A DNA stretch of 64,000 nt, from IMG/VR virus record IMGVR_UViG_3300024346_007254, positions 10,883 to 74,882 of that record, one strand, 5' to 3'. Made by a program: the position numbers and the translations under genes. Positions within the stretch are counted from its first letter, which is position 1; the number at the start of each line of letters is the position of its first letter. The notes below the pieces were generated by a model. That model made no database searches. It saw only the letters and a list, made by a program, of their open reading frames with translations, and was not told the origin of the DNA. The stretch is from a virus. This document shows, one piece after another, positions 27,169 to 36,820 of this stretch.

Positions 27169-27880
27169 TATGGTGCCAATATTCTTGTCCGTCGACACTA
27201 AACCCCTGATCCAAGCAATGTTCAAAGAATGATAACTTACTATTGTTGTATCCAATAAATCTTTCTTTAATAATCTTATTCTGATAATATTCATAACGAG
27301 CACCGGTTGCACACGATTGAAATGCATTTTTAAAAATAAAAGGAAATCTGTTTGCTTCAAGTATTGTTTGCAAATTAATGATATTTAAATATCGATTAAC
27401 TTCCCAATGCTCATTACTAATAAACATCGACTTCGATAATGTTTTAGCATTCCTTCTTAAATTGCTTGGAAAAACAGGAGCATAATGGTCCGGATGTATG
27501 TGTCCAACATTTCTGTCCGCTACATAAGGAAGAAATTGCCAATAGTTGTCAGTTTTAGAATGATCAAAAAATATTTCAGATCTACTGCTTCCTGTCCAGT
27601 GTATTAAGTATAAAGTACGCTTGGCCATTGCGGCATGATCTAACATCCACATTGACGTAGTACGATTTATATAATCATTACTTGCACCCGGGAGTGCAAG
27701 GTTAGTGTATACAACACCTAGTTTTCTAGCTAACTGTGCTCCAAAGCAATTGTCGCGATTATAGTTGCCTTCGCCAATGCCCGAGCCTTCAATTTCGCTG
27801 CCGGCGGTATGGCTACATCCATTAATTAAAATATGCTCAAAGTCATATTTTTTCTTTCGGAATGATAATATCTGTGCCAC
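27113..27880 (-). CDS. SGNH-like protein (GCS variant)
   Basis: ILINGCSHTAG, NLALPGASN, WTGSSR and C-terminal WHHT..AH. Confidence 0.6.
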   Translation of the reverse strand: MAQILSFRKKKYDFEHILINGCSHTAGSEIEGSGIGEGNYNRDNCFGAQLARKLGVVYTNLALPGASNDYINRTTSMWMLDHAAMAKRTLYLIHWTGSSRSEIFFDHSKTDNYWQFLPYVADRNVGHIHPDHYAPVFPSNLRRNAKTLSKSMFISNEHWEVNRYLNIINLQTILEANRFPFIFKNAFQSCATGARYEYYQNKIIKERFIGYNNSKLSFFEHCLDQGFSVDGQEYWHHTKAAHDYWADLLYLENFS

Positions 27881-28808
27881 AGTGACAATGCTCCTTACTA
27901 CAAATTACAGGCTTAAGATTAAGTTTTAGATCTTTGTCTAAAATGTTTCCGTGTCTATTTCCAACTCCGCAACTAGCACTGCTTATTTGTCCAATTGGGT
28001 TGATGAACAAAGCGTCATCAACTGAACACTTCCATCCTTTAAAAAAATTCTGTCTTGCTGCTATTATTTCATTACTATTTACCGGACGAGTTGTACCGTT
28101 ATTATAATGTGCAATACTGATTGCTTTATTAGTTCTATGCGGCTTGGGTATACGCATTACTGTTTCAAATTGTGCTTCTGCAAGAAACTTTTCTTTAGCA
28201 GGATCTTTGTATTTCCATGGACCTGCATTAACGCTCATTTCATCAAACAAAGGTGTCCATTCTAAATTGTAGTTTGGTACTTCTTGTCTTACACGTTCGC
28301 CAAAATCAACTACCTCCCAAAAACGCTCTTCGTGCATTAACATTTTTGTGCATAGATAATCTACCTTATCGCATAAAAATTGTGCATTTTCAATGTATCT
28401 ATCTTTTTTACAAAACTCAACGTGAAAGCTTGCTACAATATCATCAAACAAATGATAGTGCTGTTCCCAATATTTTAGTGGTCTTGACAAATTGGTATTA
28501 ATTGCTACTGTTAACTTGTCGCCCATTTGTTCTTTTAAATATTCAGTGAGTGGAATAAAGTTTTCCCAATATGCAGGTTCGCCGCCACTAAGAAAAATCT
28601 TAAAATATCGATACCCCCTGTCCTCGTATTGACGGAATATATCCATTACATTTTTCTTGTATAAATCTAGGTTGCCGTTGTTTTTGCTGTCGCCTGCCCA
28701 ATTGCCTGGATTGCAATAACTGCATTGAAAATTGCAGAAGTTATTCACTTGCCATGTTATGCTAAGGTACGGTTCGGCCATTGGAGTTATTTTAGTTAGT
28801 TTATTCAT
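27843..28808 (-). CDS. radical SAM protein with C-terminal Cys-rich domain
   Basis: FCNFQCSYC, SGGEP, NTNLS, and WKC...ASC...CSKEHCHC. Confidence 0.92.
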   Translation of the reverse strand: MNKLTKITPMAEPYLSITWQVNNFCNFQCSYCNPGNWAGDSKNNGNLDLYKKNVMDIFRQYEDRGYRYFKIFLSGGEPAYWENFIPLTEYLKEQMGDKLTVAINTNLSRPLKYWEQHYHLFDDIVASFHVEFCKKDRYIENAQFLCDKVDYLCTKMLMHEERFWEVVDFGERVRQEVPNYNLEWTPLFDEMSVNAGPWKYKDPAKEKFLAEAQFETVMRIPKPHRTNKAISIAHYNNGTTRPVNSNEIIAARQNFFKGWKCSVDDALFINPIGQISSASCGVGNRHGNILDKDLKLNLKPVICSKEHCHCGTDIIIPKEKI

Positions 28809-29391
28809 TTATTAATTTAAACAATCTTTTTGCAAATATATCATGGGTTCTTTTATTAGGGTGTCCATCTTTTAACGCTTTGTAATAACCAAATTTTTTA
28901 AAAACAATATCTATATTTACATTGTTCCAGCTTGGTGGATTTTTAATTATTAATTTATTATATGTATGCAAACTATTAATTGTTTGGCTAACTCTATTTT
29001 TTAAAAAGTAATTAGCTAAGTTAGCATTCATAAAAAAATCTAAACAATCATCGTAGTCGTTTTGATACTTAGCAAAAAACCTCTGCCATACTTCTTCTTC
29101 TTGCCAGGAAGCTAGTTGTTCCCAATAGCGTCCATTCCAGACTCCTCTACGAGAAGGAATGGACCAATTTATTACAACAATGTCTGTTTTTCTAAACTCT
29201 GTTTCAAGTACTGTTGCTGTTATTTGCTTAGAAGATGCTCCGGTATCGGACCTATTAAGTTCTTCTCTTCCAAGCATATTTGATAACGTAGTAGAGAATC
29301 CAAGCTTGCTAGGAGGATCATTGACTGTTAAGCAGTCATCTAATTCTAATCCATATACGTGACTGCATCCAAATGTAACTAATCTAGGCAT
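28801..29391 (-). CDS. SGNH-like protein (GCS variant)
   Basis: LVTFGCSHVYG, GASS, WSIPSR and DGHP. Confidence 0.6.
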   Translation of the reverse strand: MPRLVTFGCSHVYGLELDDCLTVNDPPSKLGFSTTLSNMLGREELNRSDTGASSKQITATVLETEFRKTDIVVINWSIPSRRGVWNGRYWEQLASWQEEEVWQRFFAKYQNDYDDCLDFFMNANLANYFLKNRVSQTINSLHTYNKLIIKNPPSWNNVNIDIVFKKFGYYKALKDGHPNKRTHDIFAKRLFKLINE

Positions 29392-30667
29392 ATTTGCGTA
29401 ACCAAGTCATTTCCGGATAAACGGACCAAAAGTCCTCTTTACGATGAATGTCCAATCTATGATTATTATCAAAAAACTGCTTGAGTTTGGCCTCATCTAA
29501 TTTGCCAGTATTCATAAATTGTATAACGCTATCAATTTTTCCAATTACATCCTTAATTACTTCCGGACGTGCTTCTGCACGTTCTTTAATCTTGTCAAAT
29601 GCCCATGCTTTATAATCGATATATTTTGATCTTAATTCTATTTTAATATCTTCCGGTATGTTATCAATTCGCATAAAATCAGGATCGGTAAGGATATTCA
29701 GTCTACAATTTTCAATATCTACTAACCCACGTTCTACCCAATCCATATGAAAATCTGGCCAATTCCATGCATTGTATAAACTAATAGTCGGCGTTAATTC
29801 AAAGTGTACATGAGGCACTTTCTCAAGCATTTCAATTCTGTTACGTTCAATTTGATTCCAGTCGGTGCCATTCCTGCTGTATTCAGCTCTTGTTCCATTG
29901 GAATCAAGACTACCGCTAACTTGGATATCTTCAAATTCTTTCCAGTATTCGATTATTGACTTTTGTTTGTATTTAAAGTTACTAAAATTAGTAGTGTAAC
30001 GTAACCGCACATCTTTTTTACCAGTTTCAATCCAATAATCAAGTATTTTGTAATGCTCGTCTGTAATAAGTGCTTCGCCGCCTGCCCAATACACTTCTTC
30101 GACATCGGGCAAATATTTTTGCAGATCTTCCCAAAAGTTGTTTTCTTTTGCAATATTAACTACAATCTTGCCATCGTTTTTTAACATACGAGCAAGTTCG
30201 TGTTCGCCGTACAAGTCTTTAAATTCTTTAGCATGTTGACTGCTAAGTTCTGGACCACAAGTATGACATTTCATGTTGCAAATATTTGAGAAGCGTATGT
30301 CTAAGTATGCCATGCGCAAATTATCAATACTTCCGTCGGCATTTGTATTTTCAACTAGATCAAAGTGTTTGTCACCAAACCATTGATTATGATTCTTGCG
30401 CAACGTCCAAGTATTTGATCGATTTTCTAGTTCGTAGCAACGTTTGCATACATCACGCTTTTCTCCGTTAAGCATTGCTAGTCGAAGATCCTTGTATTCG
30501 TCACTATTCCATACTTCAGCAATGCTTTTATTTTTTACATTGCCAAACGGCTTATCCGAATCAGCAATACAACAAGGCATTGCATTGCCGTTTGGCCAAA
30601 CGTGCATGTGAACCCACGGTAAAATGCAGAATGCTTTATTCTGTGTTAATAACTCTTTTTTATCCAT
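29384..30667 (-). CDS. radical SAM protein with N-terminal twitch-like domain
   Basis: FCILPWVH...MPCC...CKRC followed by CNMKCHTC and WAGGEA. Confidence 0.92.
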   Translation of the reverse strand: MDKKELLTQNKAFCILPWVHMHVWPNGNAMPCCIADSDKPFGNVKNKSIAEVWNSDEYKDLRLAMLNGEKRDVCKRCYELENRSNTWTLRKNHNQWFGDKHFDLVENTNADGSIDNLRMAYLDIRFSNICNMKCHTCGPELSSQHAKEFKDLYGEHELARMLKNDGKIVVNIAKENNFWEDLQKYLPDVEEVYWAGGEALITDEHYKILDYWIETGKKDVRLRYTTNFSNFKYKQKSIIEYWKEFEDIQVSGSLDSNGTRAEYSRNGTDWNQIERNRIEMLEKVPHVHFELTPTISLYNAWNWPDFHMDWVERGLVDIENCRLNILTDPDFMRIDNIPEDIKIELRSKYIDYKAWAFDKIKERAEARPEVIKDVIGKIDSVIQFMNTGKLDEAKLKQFFDNNHRLDIHRKEDFWSVYPEMTWLRKYA

Positions 30668-31886
30668 TTAACATTACAGCCAATTCAGGAAATACTTTAG
30701 CGAAATCTTCGTTGCGTATTTTATCTCTTCGGTGCGTATGATGCAAAAATTGCTCTTTTTGGTCATGCCATTGATCTTGCTGGGTAGTAAAAGTTATTGC
30801 ATCGCGTACATGCATAGCTTGATACCAATCGTGCTCAATCATATAACTGTGAAGGTCGATTAACTTTTCCGTACCTATAACTTTTAAATGTGTTGGTAGT
30901 ATTGTTGAAGCATAGTATTCCGGAGTCAACGCTCTATAGATACTTATCATGTCCTTTTTTCGTAGTAAGTCTTTATCCATCATGTACTGGAAAAAGTCCG
31001 AAAGTGTAACATAATTAAAAACACTCAAAACTGTGTTATATTGGTAGTCAATGTAATCCAGGTCGCGTATGCTTTTTAGATTGCTTTCAACAACACCCCA
31101 ATCAGTGCCGTGCCTTATGTATTCGGCGCGTTCGCCGTAATGATCAATGCTTGCACTAATTTCAACACGCTTAAATCTGCTCCACAAATCAAGTATGTTG
31201 TGCTTCTTGTATTTGAGGTTGCTCATATTAGTATTGTAGCGCAATGTAATTTCACTGTTTCTACCAGTGCGAATCATTTCTTCTAATATGATATAATGCT
31301 CTTCTGTAATAAGAGGTTCTCCGCCAGCAAAATATGCAAGTTCCATGTGCGGGACTTGCGACTTTATTTCGTCTAATAATTTGCCTGTATTATCTGCATG
31401 ATTAATAACACGATATCCGGTTTCAACGTTATCATGTTGCTTCATTTCTTGTGCCCATTGACTGCTAAATTCAGAGCCACAAGTACGACACTTCATATTG
31501 CAAATATTACTAAATCTTACATCGAAATATTTCATACGGAATTCTGGTAAAGATCCGTCTGTGCTTGTTGGGGTTACAAGTTCATCAAAGTCCTTGCCAA
31601 AATGCTCTAGGCTATATTTTCTAAAACTGAAAGGTGAGCTTTCTTCATGCTTGTAGCAATATGTGCATATGCTGCTTTCTTTGCCAGCAAGCATATCAAG
31701 TCGCAATTGCTTCATTTTGTCATTGTTAAAAATGTCTTTTAAGCTTGCATCCTTAACGTTAGCAAACGGCTCAGTATAATCACTGCTACAACACGGATAC
31801 ACGTTTCCTAGAGGAGTCACATTTAAGTGCATCCACGGAAACATGCAAAAAGTTTTACTATCAGTTAGTAATTGTTTTTTATCCAT
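30660..31886 (-). CDS. radical SAM protein with N-terminal twitch-like domain
   Basis: FCMFPWMH...YPCC...CTYC followed by CNMKCRTC and FAGGEP. Tandem paralog of 29384-30667 (both start MDKK.LLT). Confidence 0.92.
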   Translation of the reverse strand: MDKKQLLTDSKTFCMFPWMHLNVTPLGNVYPCCSSDYTEPFANVKDASLKDIFNNDKMKQLRLDMLAGKESSICTYCYKHEESSPFSFRKYSLEHFGKDFDELVTPTSTDGSLPEFRMKYFDVRFSNICNMKCRTCGSEFSSQWAQEMKQHDNVETGYRVINHADNTGKLLDEIKSQVPHMELAYFAGGEPLITEEHYIILEEMIRTGRNSEITLRYNTNMSNLKYKKHNILDLWSRFKRVEISASIDHYGERAEYIRHGTDWGVVESNLKSIRDLDYIDYQYNTVLSVFNYVTLSDFFQYMMDKDLLRKKDMISIYRALTPEYYASTILPTHLKVIGTEKLIDLHSYMIEHDWYQAMHVRDAITFTTQQDQWHDQKEQFLHHTHRRDKIRNEDFAKVFPELAVMLNG

Positions 31887-33261
31887 TTGCTTCTTTGCGG
31901 CAAAGTTCAAAGAATTCTGTCATTTCTGGAAAAGTAGCTTCGAAATCATTGCCACGTCTGCGATCTTGTTCCTTAAAATAGTTCCAAAAATCTCGGCGGC
32001 CTTCCATTAGCTTATTTTCGTCATATGTTGTGTTCTTCATGTAGTCAACTACACGACGGAATTTTTCATATTCAATTTCAGAAAAATGTACCTTACTCCC
32101 TTCCTGCATATTATCTTTAATAAATTGTAGATGACTTTCCATGTAAGGAATGTAATCTTCTTTTGGAAGAATATTTATGTCGTATTGCAACGGTTCTTTT
32201 AAATAAGGTGTATCAAAGTGAATGCGCTGCCAACGGCCACTATTTATATCGTTGTATTTCTGCCTCCATTCGAGTATCTTTTCAAGAAGTGTTTGGAAAG
32301 TTGTTACAGAGAACAGATTGAAAGTAATCATAAACGTAACCGGTGCAGTTGTATTTGTTAAAAAGTAGTCAAGATTTCTTTCAAAAACTTCAAGGTCAAG
32401 TCCGTCGCGAATATATTCAGCACGTTCATTCCAAGTATCTACGCTAGTAAACAGTTTGAAGTGCTTAATTTTGTTTTGCGATATAAGACTGTTAACGCCG
32501 TCAGTAAACTTTTCTAGCTGCTTTTCTTTACCACCTAAATTGCTGTTAACATTTAATTCAAGGTTTGGCTTAGGCTCTTTTTCGAGCTCTTCGAACAGTC
32601 TATATGTGCTTTTTTGTATTGTAGGTTCGCCGCCTGTTACACGCAGGATATTAAGCGTTTTGCTAACTTCCGGCCACCATTTCCACCATGCGCGAACGTA
32701 GGGGTTTGTTTCTTCTTCGTATACTTTAAACCAGTCTACATCACAGCGGTGATTTTTAGACATATCGTACGGTCCGTGCTGACGTATTTCAGCATGATAG
32801 CGACTGCTTGCTTTAGGGTGACAATATCCGCATCTAAAATTACATTCGTTTCCAAAGCTAACTTCAATATACTCAGGGTTCACGTCAAAGTCCCAAGGAT
32901 TAAATTTAATCTCTTTTAGGCGATCTTCGCTGTGTATTGAGGCGCTGCGTATGTGCCTGTCACTAACATAGTCTTTGCCCATGTTTTCAATGTTCCAGCA
33001 ATACTGACAACCTTCAGGCTGCTTACCTTCTAGCATCATTTTGCGCTCTAGCTTTTTATGCTTGGTATTATGCAACGCGCTCGGATTAGTTAACAGTTCA
33101 TCAACATCAATTTTATGAGGTGCTGGATGATAGCAACTATGAGTTTCACCTGTCTGCAAATATATTGTAGTATGATACCATTTAGCATAGCAGAATGTAG
33201 GCGAAAAATGCCTATCTGTAATCTCATTTAGGTATTTGATTTTATCTGTTTGAAATGACAT
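31879..33261 (-). CDS. radical SAM protein with N-terminal twitch-like domain
   Basis: FCYAKW...HSCYHP...CQYC followed by CNFRCGYC and TGGEP. Confidence 0.92.
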   Translation of the reverse strand: MSFQTDKIKYLNEITDRHFSPTFCYAKWYHTTIYLQTGETHSCYHPAPHKIDVDELLTNPSALHNTKHKKLERKMMLEGKQPEGCQYCWNIENMGKDYVSDRHIRSASIHSEDRLKEIKFNPWDFDVNPEYIEVSFGNECNFRCGYCHPKASSRYHAEIRQHGPYDMSKNHRCDVDWFKVYEEETNPYVRAWWKWWPEVSKTLNILRVTGGEPTIQKSTYRLFEELEKEPKPNLELNVNSNLGGKEKQLEKFTDGVNSLISQNKIKHFKLFTSVDTWNERAEYIRDGLDLEVFERNLDYFLTNTTAPVTFMITFNLFSVTTFQTLLEKILEWRQKYNDINSGRWQRIHFDTPYLKEPLQYDINILPKEDYIPYMESHLQFIKDNMQEGSKVHFSEIEYEKFRRVVDYMKNTTYDENKLMEGRRDFWNYFKEQDRRRGNDFEATFPEMTEFFELCRKEANG

Positions 33262-34190
33262 TAAGTCTCTCTATCAATAAATTGCTGTCCGGCATTTCTT
33301 GCAGGATTTTGGTATACTGTTTTGAAGAACTTGCTTTGACCCGGATCAAGTGGATGTTCTGCAATTGGTAATTCCAGTTCATTAATGATCAATGAGCCCA
33401 TTTCTTTAATCGAATAAAGCAAGCTATCTTCAGAAAGCCCACTTACGTTCTCATCCCAATACTTATTCAAATACTTAAAATCTCTTACATTAATAAAGTC
33501 CCAGTCTGTGCGCATCGTCTTGTACAAGCCTTCTCTTGCACCATAGATTGCCCACATGCCGTTTTCAACATCTGCACCTGCCATTAACCAAATATATAAC
33601 CTGTGCATGTTTTTCCAATGATTTTTTTGGAATGCTTCCAGAGATGGTTTTAGGCCTCTGTCAAGTGACATTTTTACACCCTCCCTAAAGCCGGCGCGCC
33701 ATGCTTGCTGCGGAGTAGCGTTGTTAAAGATTTCACTATAACAGCTATTCATTTGAATATATTCAATGTCCCAACAAAAATCTACTTGTGCATGTGGATT
33801 GTTAGGATCGGCGTTTTCGTGTGTACGCATATTGAGTACGTATTCTTTTGGCCAACATTTTAAGCCACCGTTACCGTACATTAACCCGTTGATATGATTT
33901 TTAGCTGTCCAGCTAATGACACATTTTTCAAGCTCTTTGTGTTCATCAAAGTCAAATTCCTTTGTTAAGAATTCTTGCTTGATAATATTGTCGCCGTCGA
34001 CTGTTATAAATCTATCTGTCTCTGAAATTCTTGCACATTCTTTGTGGGCAGCATCACTACCTTCAATTCCGTGTACACGTTTTGCCCATGGAATTTTTTT
34101 GCAAAGATCTGCATAATTTTTTTCGGCATTAGGCTCGTCGTAAGACAGGTAGATAATGTCGTAGTCTAATACTCTAAAACTTTTACGCAT
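33261..34190 (-). CDS. glycosyltransferase-like protein (GT-A fold)
   Basis: YDIIYLSYDEPNA...RVHGIEGSDAAH...FITVDGDN (DxD), NGLMYGNGG and AWRAGFREGVK; paralog of 3897-5195. Confidence 0.65.
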   Translation of the reverse strand: MRKSFRVLDYDIIYLSYDEPNAEKNYADLCKKIPWAKRVHGIEGSDAAHKECARISETDRFITVDGDNIIKQEFLTKEFDFDEHKELEKCVISWTAKNHINGLMYGNGGLKCWPKEYVLNMRTHENADPNNPHAQVDFCWDIEYIQMNSCYSEIFNNATPQQAWRAGFREGVKMSLDRGLKPSLEAFQKNHWKNMHRLYIWLMAGADVENGMWAIYGAREGLYKTMRTDWDFINVRDFKYLNKYWDENVSGLSEDSLLYSIKEMGSLIINELELPIAEHPLDPGQSKFFKTVYQNPARNAGQQFIDRET

Positions 34191-34767
34191 AAATTACCTC
34201 ATGTTGATAAGACTCAAGTCTCTTTATAGTATATACGCTTAATGCGTTTGGGTCAAGCTCAATTTCGGTTTCGAAAGGTATTTTTACTGATTTATTTTCA
34301 ACTAATTTGTTTAATTTTAAAATAACAACTCTTTCTAAAATATGAGGATCGTTATATTTGGTAATGCTAAACATTAGGGTCTTTTCTAACGATATTGACT
34401 TTTCTTTGAAATTTTCTCTTATACCTTCGTCGAGTATAATTTTCCATTCTTTATTTTCAATATCTTGTATTACCTTTATGTCGGCTCTTTGATCGTCTTT
34501 TCTTTTGATATAATGTATCTGATTGTTAATGTCAAATACTACATCTTCGTCGTTGTATCTATGTTTAAGAACATACTTTTTGCTAACAGTATCAAAGATA
34601 ACGTGATAATGGAACATTTGTTCTTTACCGCTTATCATTCCTGCAACTTCTTCATTGGACACTTGAATATAATTGCCCGTAACTGTGTTTCTGTTACTTA
34701 CACTTAATATATTACCGTCGTCATCAAAGTAAACATACCTTCTTTGTGGTATTACTATTGTTTCCAT
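34183..34767 (-). CDS. hypothetical protein
   Basis: 194-aa ORF coupled within the operon; no motif recognised. Confidence 0.65.
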   Translation of the reverse strand: METIVIPQRRYVYFDDDGNILSVSNRNTVTGNYIQVSNEEVAGMISGKEQMFHYHVIFDTVSKKYVLKHRYNDEDVVFDINNQIHYIKRKDDQRADIKVIQDIENKEWKIILDEGIRENFKEKSISLEKTLMFSITKYNDPHILERVVILKLNKLVENKSVKIPFETEIELDPNALSVYTIKRLESYQHEVIYA

Positions 34768-35610
34768 TTAAAGTCCTAAATAATTTTCGTATATTTTTAT
34801 TATTTTGTCGTCGACAAAGTCTTTTTCAGTATAATGAAAAATTCCACGTTGTTTATAATTGCCAATTTTTAAATTCAAATCTCTGTCAAGATATACACCA
34901 ACTTTATCCTGCCATCTGTCAGTTATTAACATCTTCCAATCTTGTGCATGGGTTTTCATATGCACAAAATATGGATAGCTAGTAGGACTAGTTATTTTGT
35001 CTTCGCATCCTAAGATTCTAGTAACAATAGCTGCACTCACATCAACACTGGGATATTTTTGAAAATACTTTCCGCCTGCGAACTGTCCGTAAAACAATTC
35101 CCAATTATTCATTACTATCTCTAACCATTTGTAAAATTCGTGTGCTTCTTCACTTTTTTCAAAGTAATGAAATCCACTATACAAATCGGGCAAATTATGA
35201 TTTCTAAACGCTTTTCTATAATGCACACTAGTTAGTGGAGTGCCTCGATATGTTATCGTTTTAGTAGTAAAGAATACTTTTTTCTTTTGTAAAAAATCCC
35301 ACCAATGACTAATGTCGTCAAGTACTAACATATCGGTATCAAGTACTATAGTTCTATCATACGGAGTAGCATGATAAATCTTCCAACGGTTCTCAACTTT
35401 CCAAAAAGAATTTGCTGCTTGGTCATCCCAAGGAATTGTAACTATGTCATCAAATACTTTTTTTTGTTTTTGAGAAACTGTGTCGTTTGATATTAATGCT
35501 ATTTTAGAATTAGGATTTGATGCACGAATACTTAGAGCGCACAAATAAGCTTGCTCAACATAATCGTACTCACCGTTTTGCGCTAGTAAAGTAAAATTAA
35601 TTGAGGTCAT
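34768..35610 (-). CDS. GT8-like glycosyltransferase
   Basis: ALSIR, TPYDRTIVLDTDML (DxD), YSGFHYF and HY. Start at ATG 35610 after an AGGA SD. Confidence 0.7.
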   Translation of the reverse strand: MTSINFTLLAQNGEYDYVEQAYLCALSIRASNPNSKIALISNDTVSQKQKKVFDDIVTIPWDDQAANSFWKVENRWKIYHATPYDRTIVLDTDMLVLDDISHWWDFLQKKKVFFTTKTITYRGTPLTSVHYRKAFRNHNLPDLYSGFHYFEKSEEAHEFYKWLEIVMNNWELFYGQFAGGKYFQKYPSVDVSAAIVTRILGCEDKITSPTSYPYFVHMKTHAQDWKMLITDRWQDKVGVYLDRDLNLKIGNYKQRGIFHYTEKDFVDDKIIKIYENYLGL

Positions 35611-36430
35611 CAATAATCCTGTTAAGTCCAAACTTATTCATAATATGTACGTTGCCACTGAATTTTACAGGAAAATGTTCAGAAGTATTTTCTTTTTCAA
35701 TTAAGAATAAAAAATCTTCTTCGTCAATTTTTTCAACATGATCTCTATCAGTAATAAAATGTTTCTTGCCCGGCATTGGTTTAATTAGGCCGCCGTCTAC
35801 GTGCCCGTTCATAATATGTGCAGCAATACTAAATGCAAAATCATTACGGAAAACTGCGGAGGTTATTTGATACACATTTCGATAATGTTGCCAGTGTTCC
35901 TGTATGTGTTTTACTAAGTCAAAAAAGCATTTGTTAGTATCACTCTTTTTAAAAAAGACACAAGTAGCCCAATAAAATGTCGGTCCGGTTTCACTTATAA
36001 ATTTAAATTCATCAAGATCACGCCATCTAGAAAAATCTGTAGCATCTTTATACATCATTAGTCCGTGTTCTTGCGAAAAGCATTCATTTAACAAATCATT
36101 AGAAACTATATAATCTGTGTCAAGCAACAGCGTTTCAGTGTACGGTGTTAGGTCGTATGCGTTAAAGCGACTAGTATTTTTAAATTCAAGACTCTTTCTA
36201 GCATATATACCATCGTTGTATTTCTTAAATGTGAAATCTTCATCACTAATTTTTAAGATCTTATCAAAAGGATGATTTGGATACTTTTTTGTAAGGTAGG
36301 TAGAATTGTCTGTAAGAACACTAACCGGAATATCCATATACTTTTTGATTCTGCTTGCAGCAAAAACAGCTTGTTTAATATAATCAATTTGGCTGTTGTT
36401 TCTTGCAATTAAAAGGGCGCCCCTACTCAA
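35597..36430 (-). CDS. GT8-like glycosyltransferase
   Basis: TPYTETLLLDTDY (DxD), FRNDFAFSIA and HIMNK; paralog of the adjacent gene. Confidence 0.7.
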   Translation of the reverse strand: MSRGALLIARNNSQIDYIKQAVFAASRIKKYMDIPVSVLTDNSTYLTKKYPNHPFDKILKISDEDFTFKKYNDGIYARKSLEFKNTSRFNAYDLTPYTETLLLDTDYIVSNDLLNECFSQEHGLMMYKDATDFSRWRDLDEFKFISETGPTFYWATCVFFKKSDTNKCFFDLVKHIQEHWQHYRNVYQITSAVFRNDFAFSIAAHIMNGHVDGGLIKPMPGKKHFITDRDHVEKIDEEDFLFLIEKENTSEHFPVKFSGNVHIMNKFGLNRIIDDLN

Positions 36431-36771
36431 CTAACGATACCTTCTACAGTTCGATTAACCTTTAGTTTATTGTATTCAGTGTAATACTTATTTGAAGCTT
36501 TATAATAATTGCTTACCACATCTTGTGTAAACTTTTCAAGTTCTTCAACAAAAATAGGAATTGAGTTATCATCAACTAACACAGTTTCTGTCTGTTTAAG
36601 TTGTAGCAGAGATTGACAGAAACTAATAAGTCCTTGCGAAACTGTAAACTGGCCGCCATTATAGAAAAACAACAAGTCATTCTCGTATTGTTCTTTTAAC
36701 ACTCTTTTTTGCGACTCAAGTGTAATCATATAATTACTAAAGTCGAGCGCTGCTTTTAATCTGTCGTCCAT
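36427..36771 (-). CDS. hypothetical protein, 114 aa
   Basis: Strong AGGAG SD; first gene of the leftward enzyme operon; no confident motif. Confidence 0.7.
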   Translation of the reverse strand: MDDRLKAALDFSNYMITLESQKRVLKEQYENDLLFFYNGGQFTVSQGLISFCQSLLQLKQTETVLVDDNSIPIFVEELEKFTQDVVSNYYKASNKYYTEYNKLKVNRTVEGIVS

Positions 36772-36780
36772 AAAAACTCC

Positions 36781-36802
36781 TGTTGTAATTTATACTACAA
36801 CA
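36781..36802. repeat. inverted repeat TGTTGTA-N8-TACAACA overlapping the -10 box
   Basis: Arms at 36781-36787 and 36796-36802. Confidence 0.6.
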
Positions 36803-36820
36803 TTATCCTCTTTTTGTCAA
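36792..36820 (-). promoter_or_regulatory. sigma70-type promoter
   Basis: Minus-strand TTGACA-17 nt-TAGTAT in the 54-bp intergenic gap. Confidence 0.65.

Noticed and set aside
1-36771. Bacterial LPS/capsule or antibiotic locus flanking a prophage
   Set aside because: No Wzx/Wzy/ABC transporter, regulator, integrase or att site is seen. Composition and TAAATA boxes are shared with the structural genes, so the cluster appears phage-encoded.
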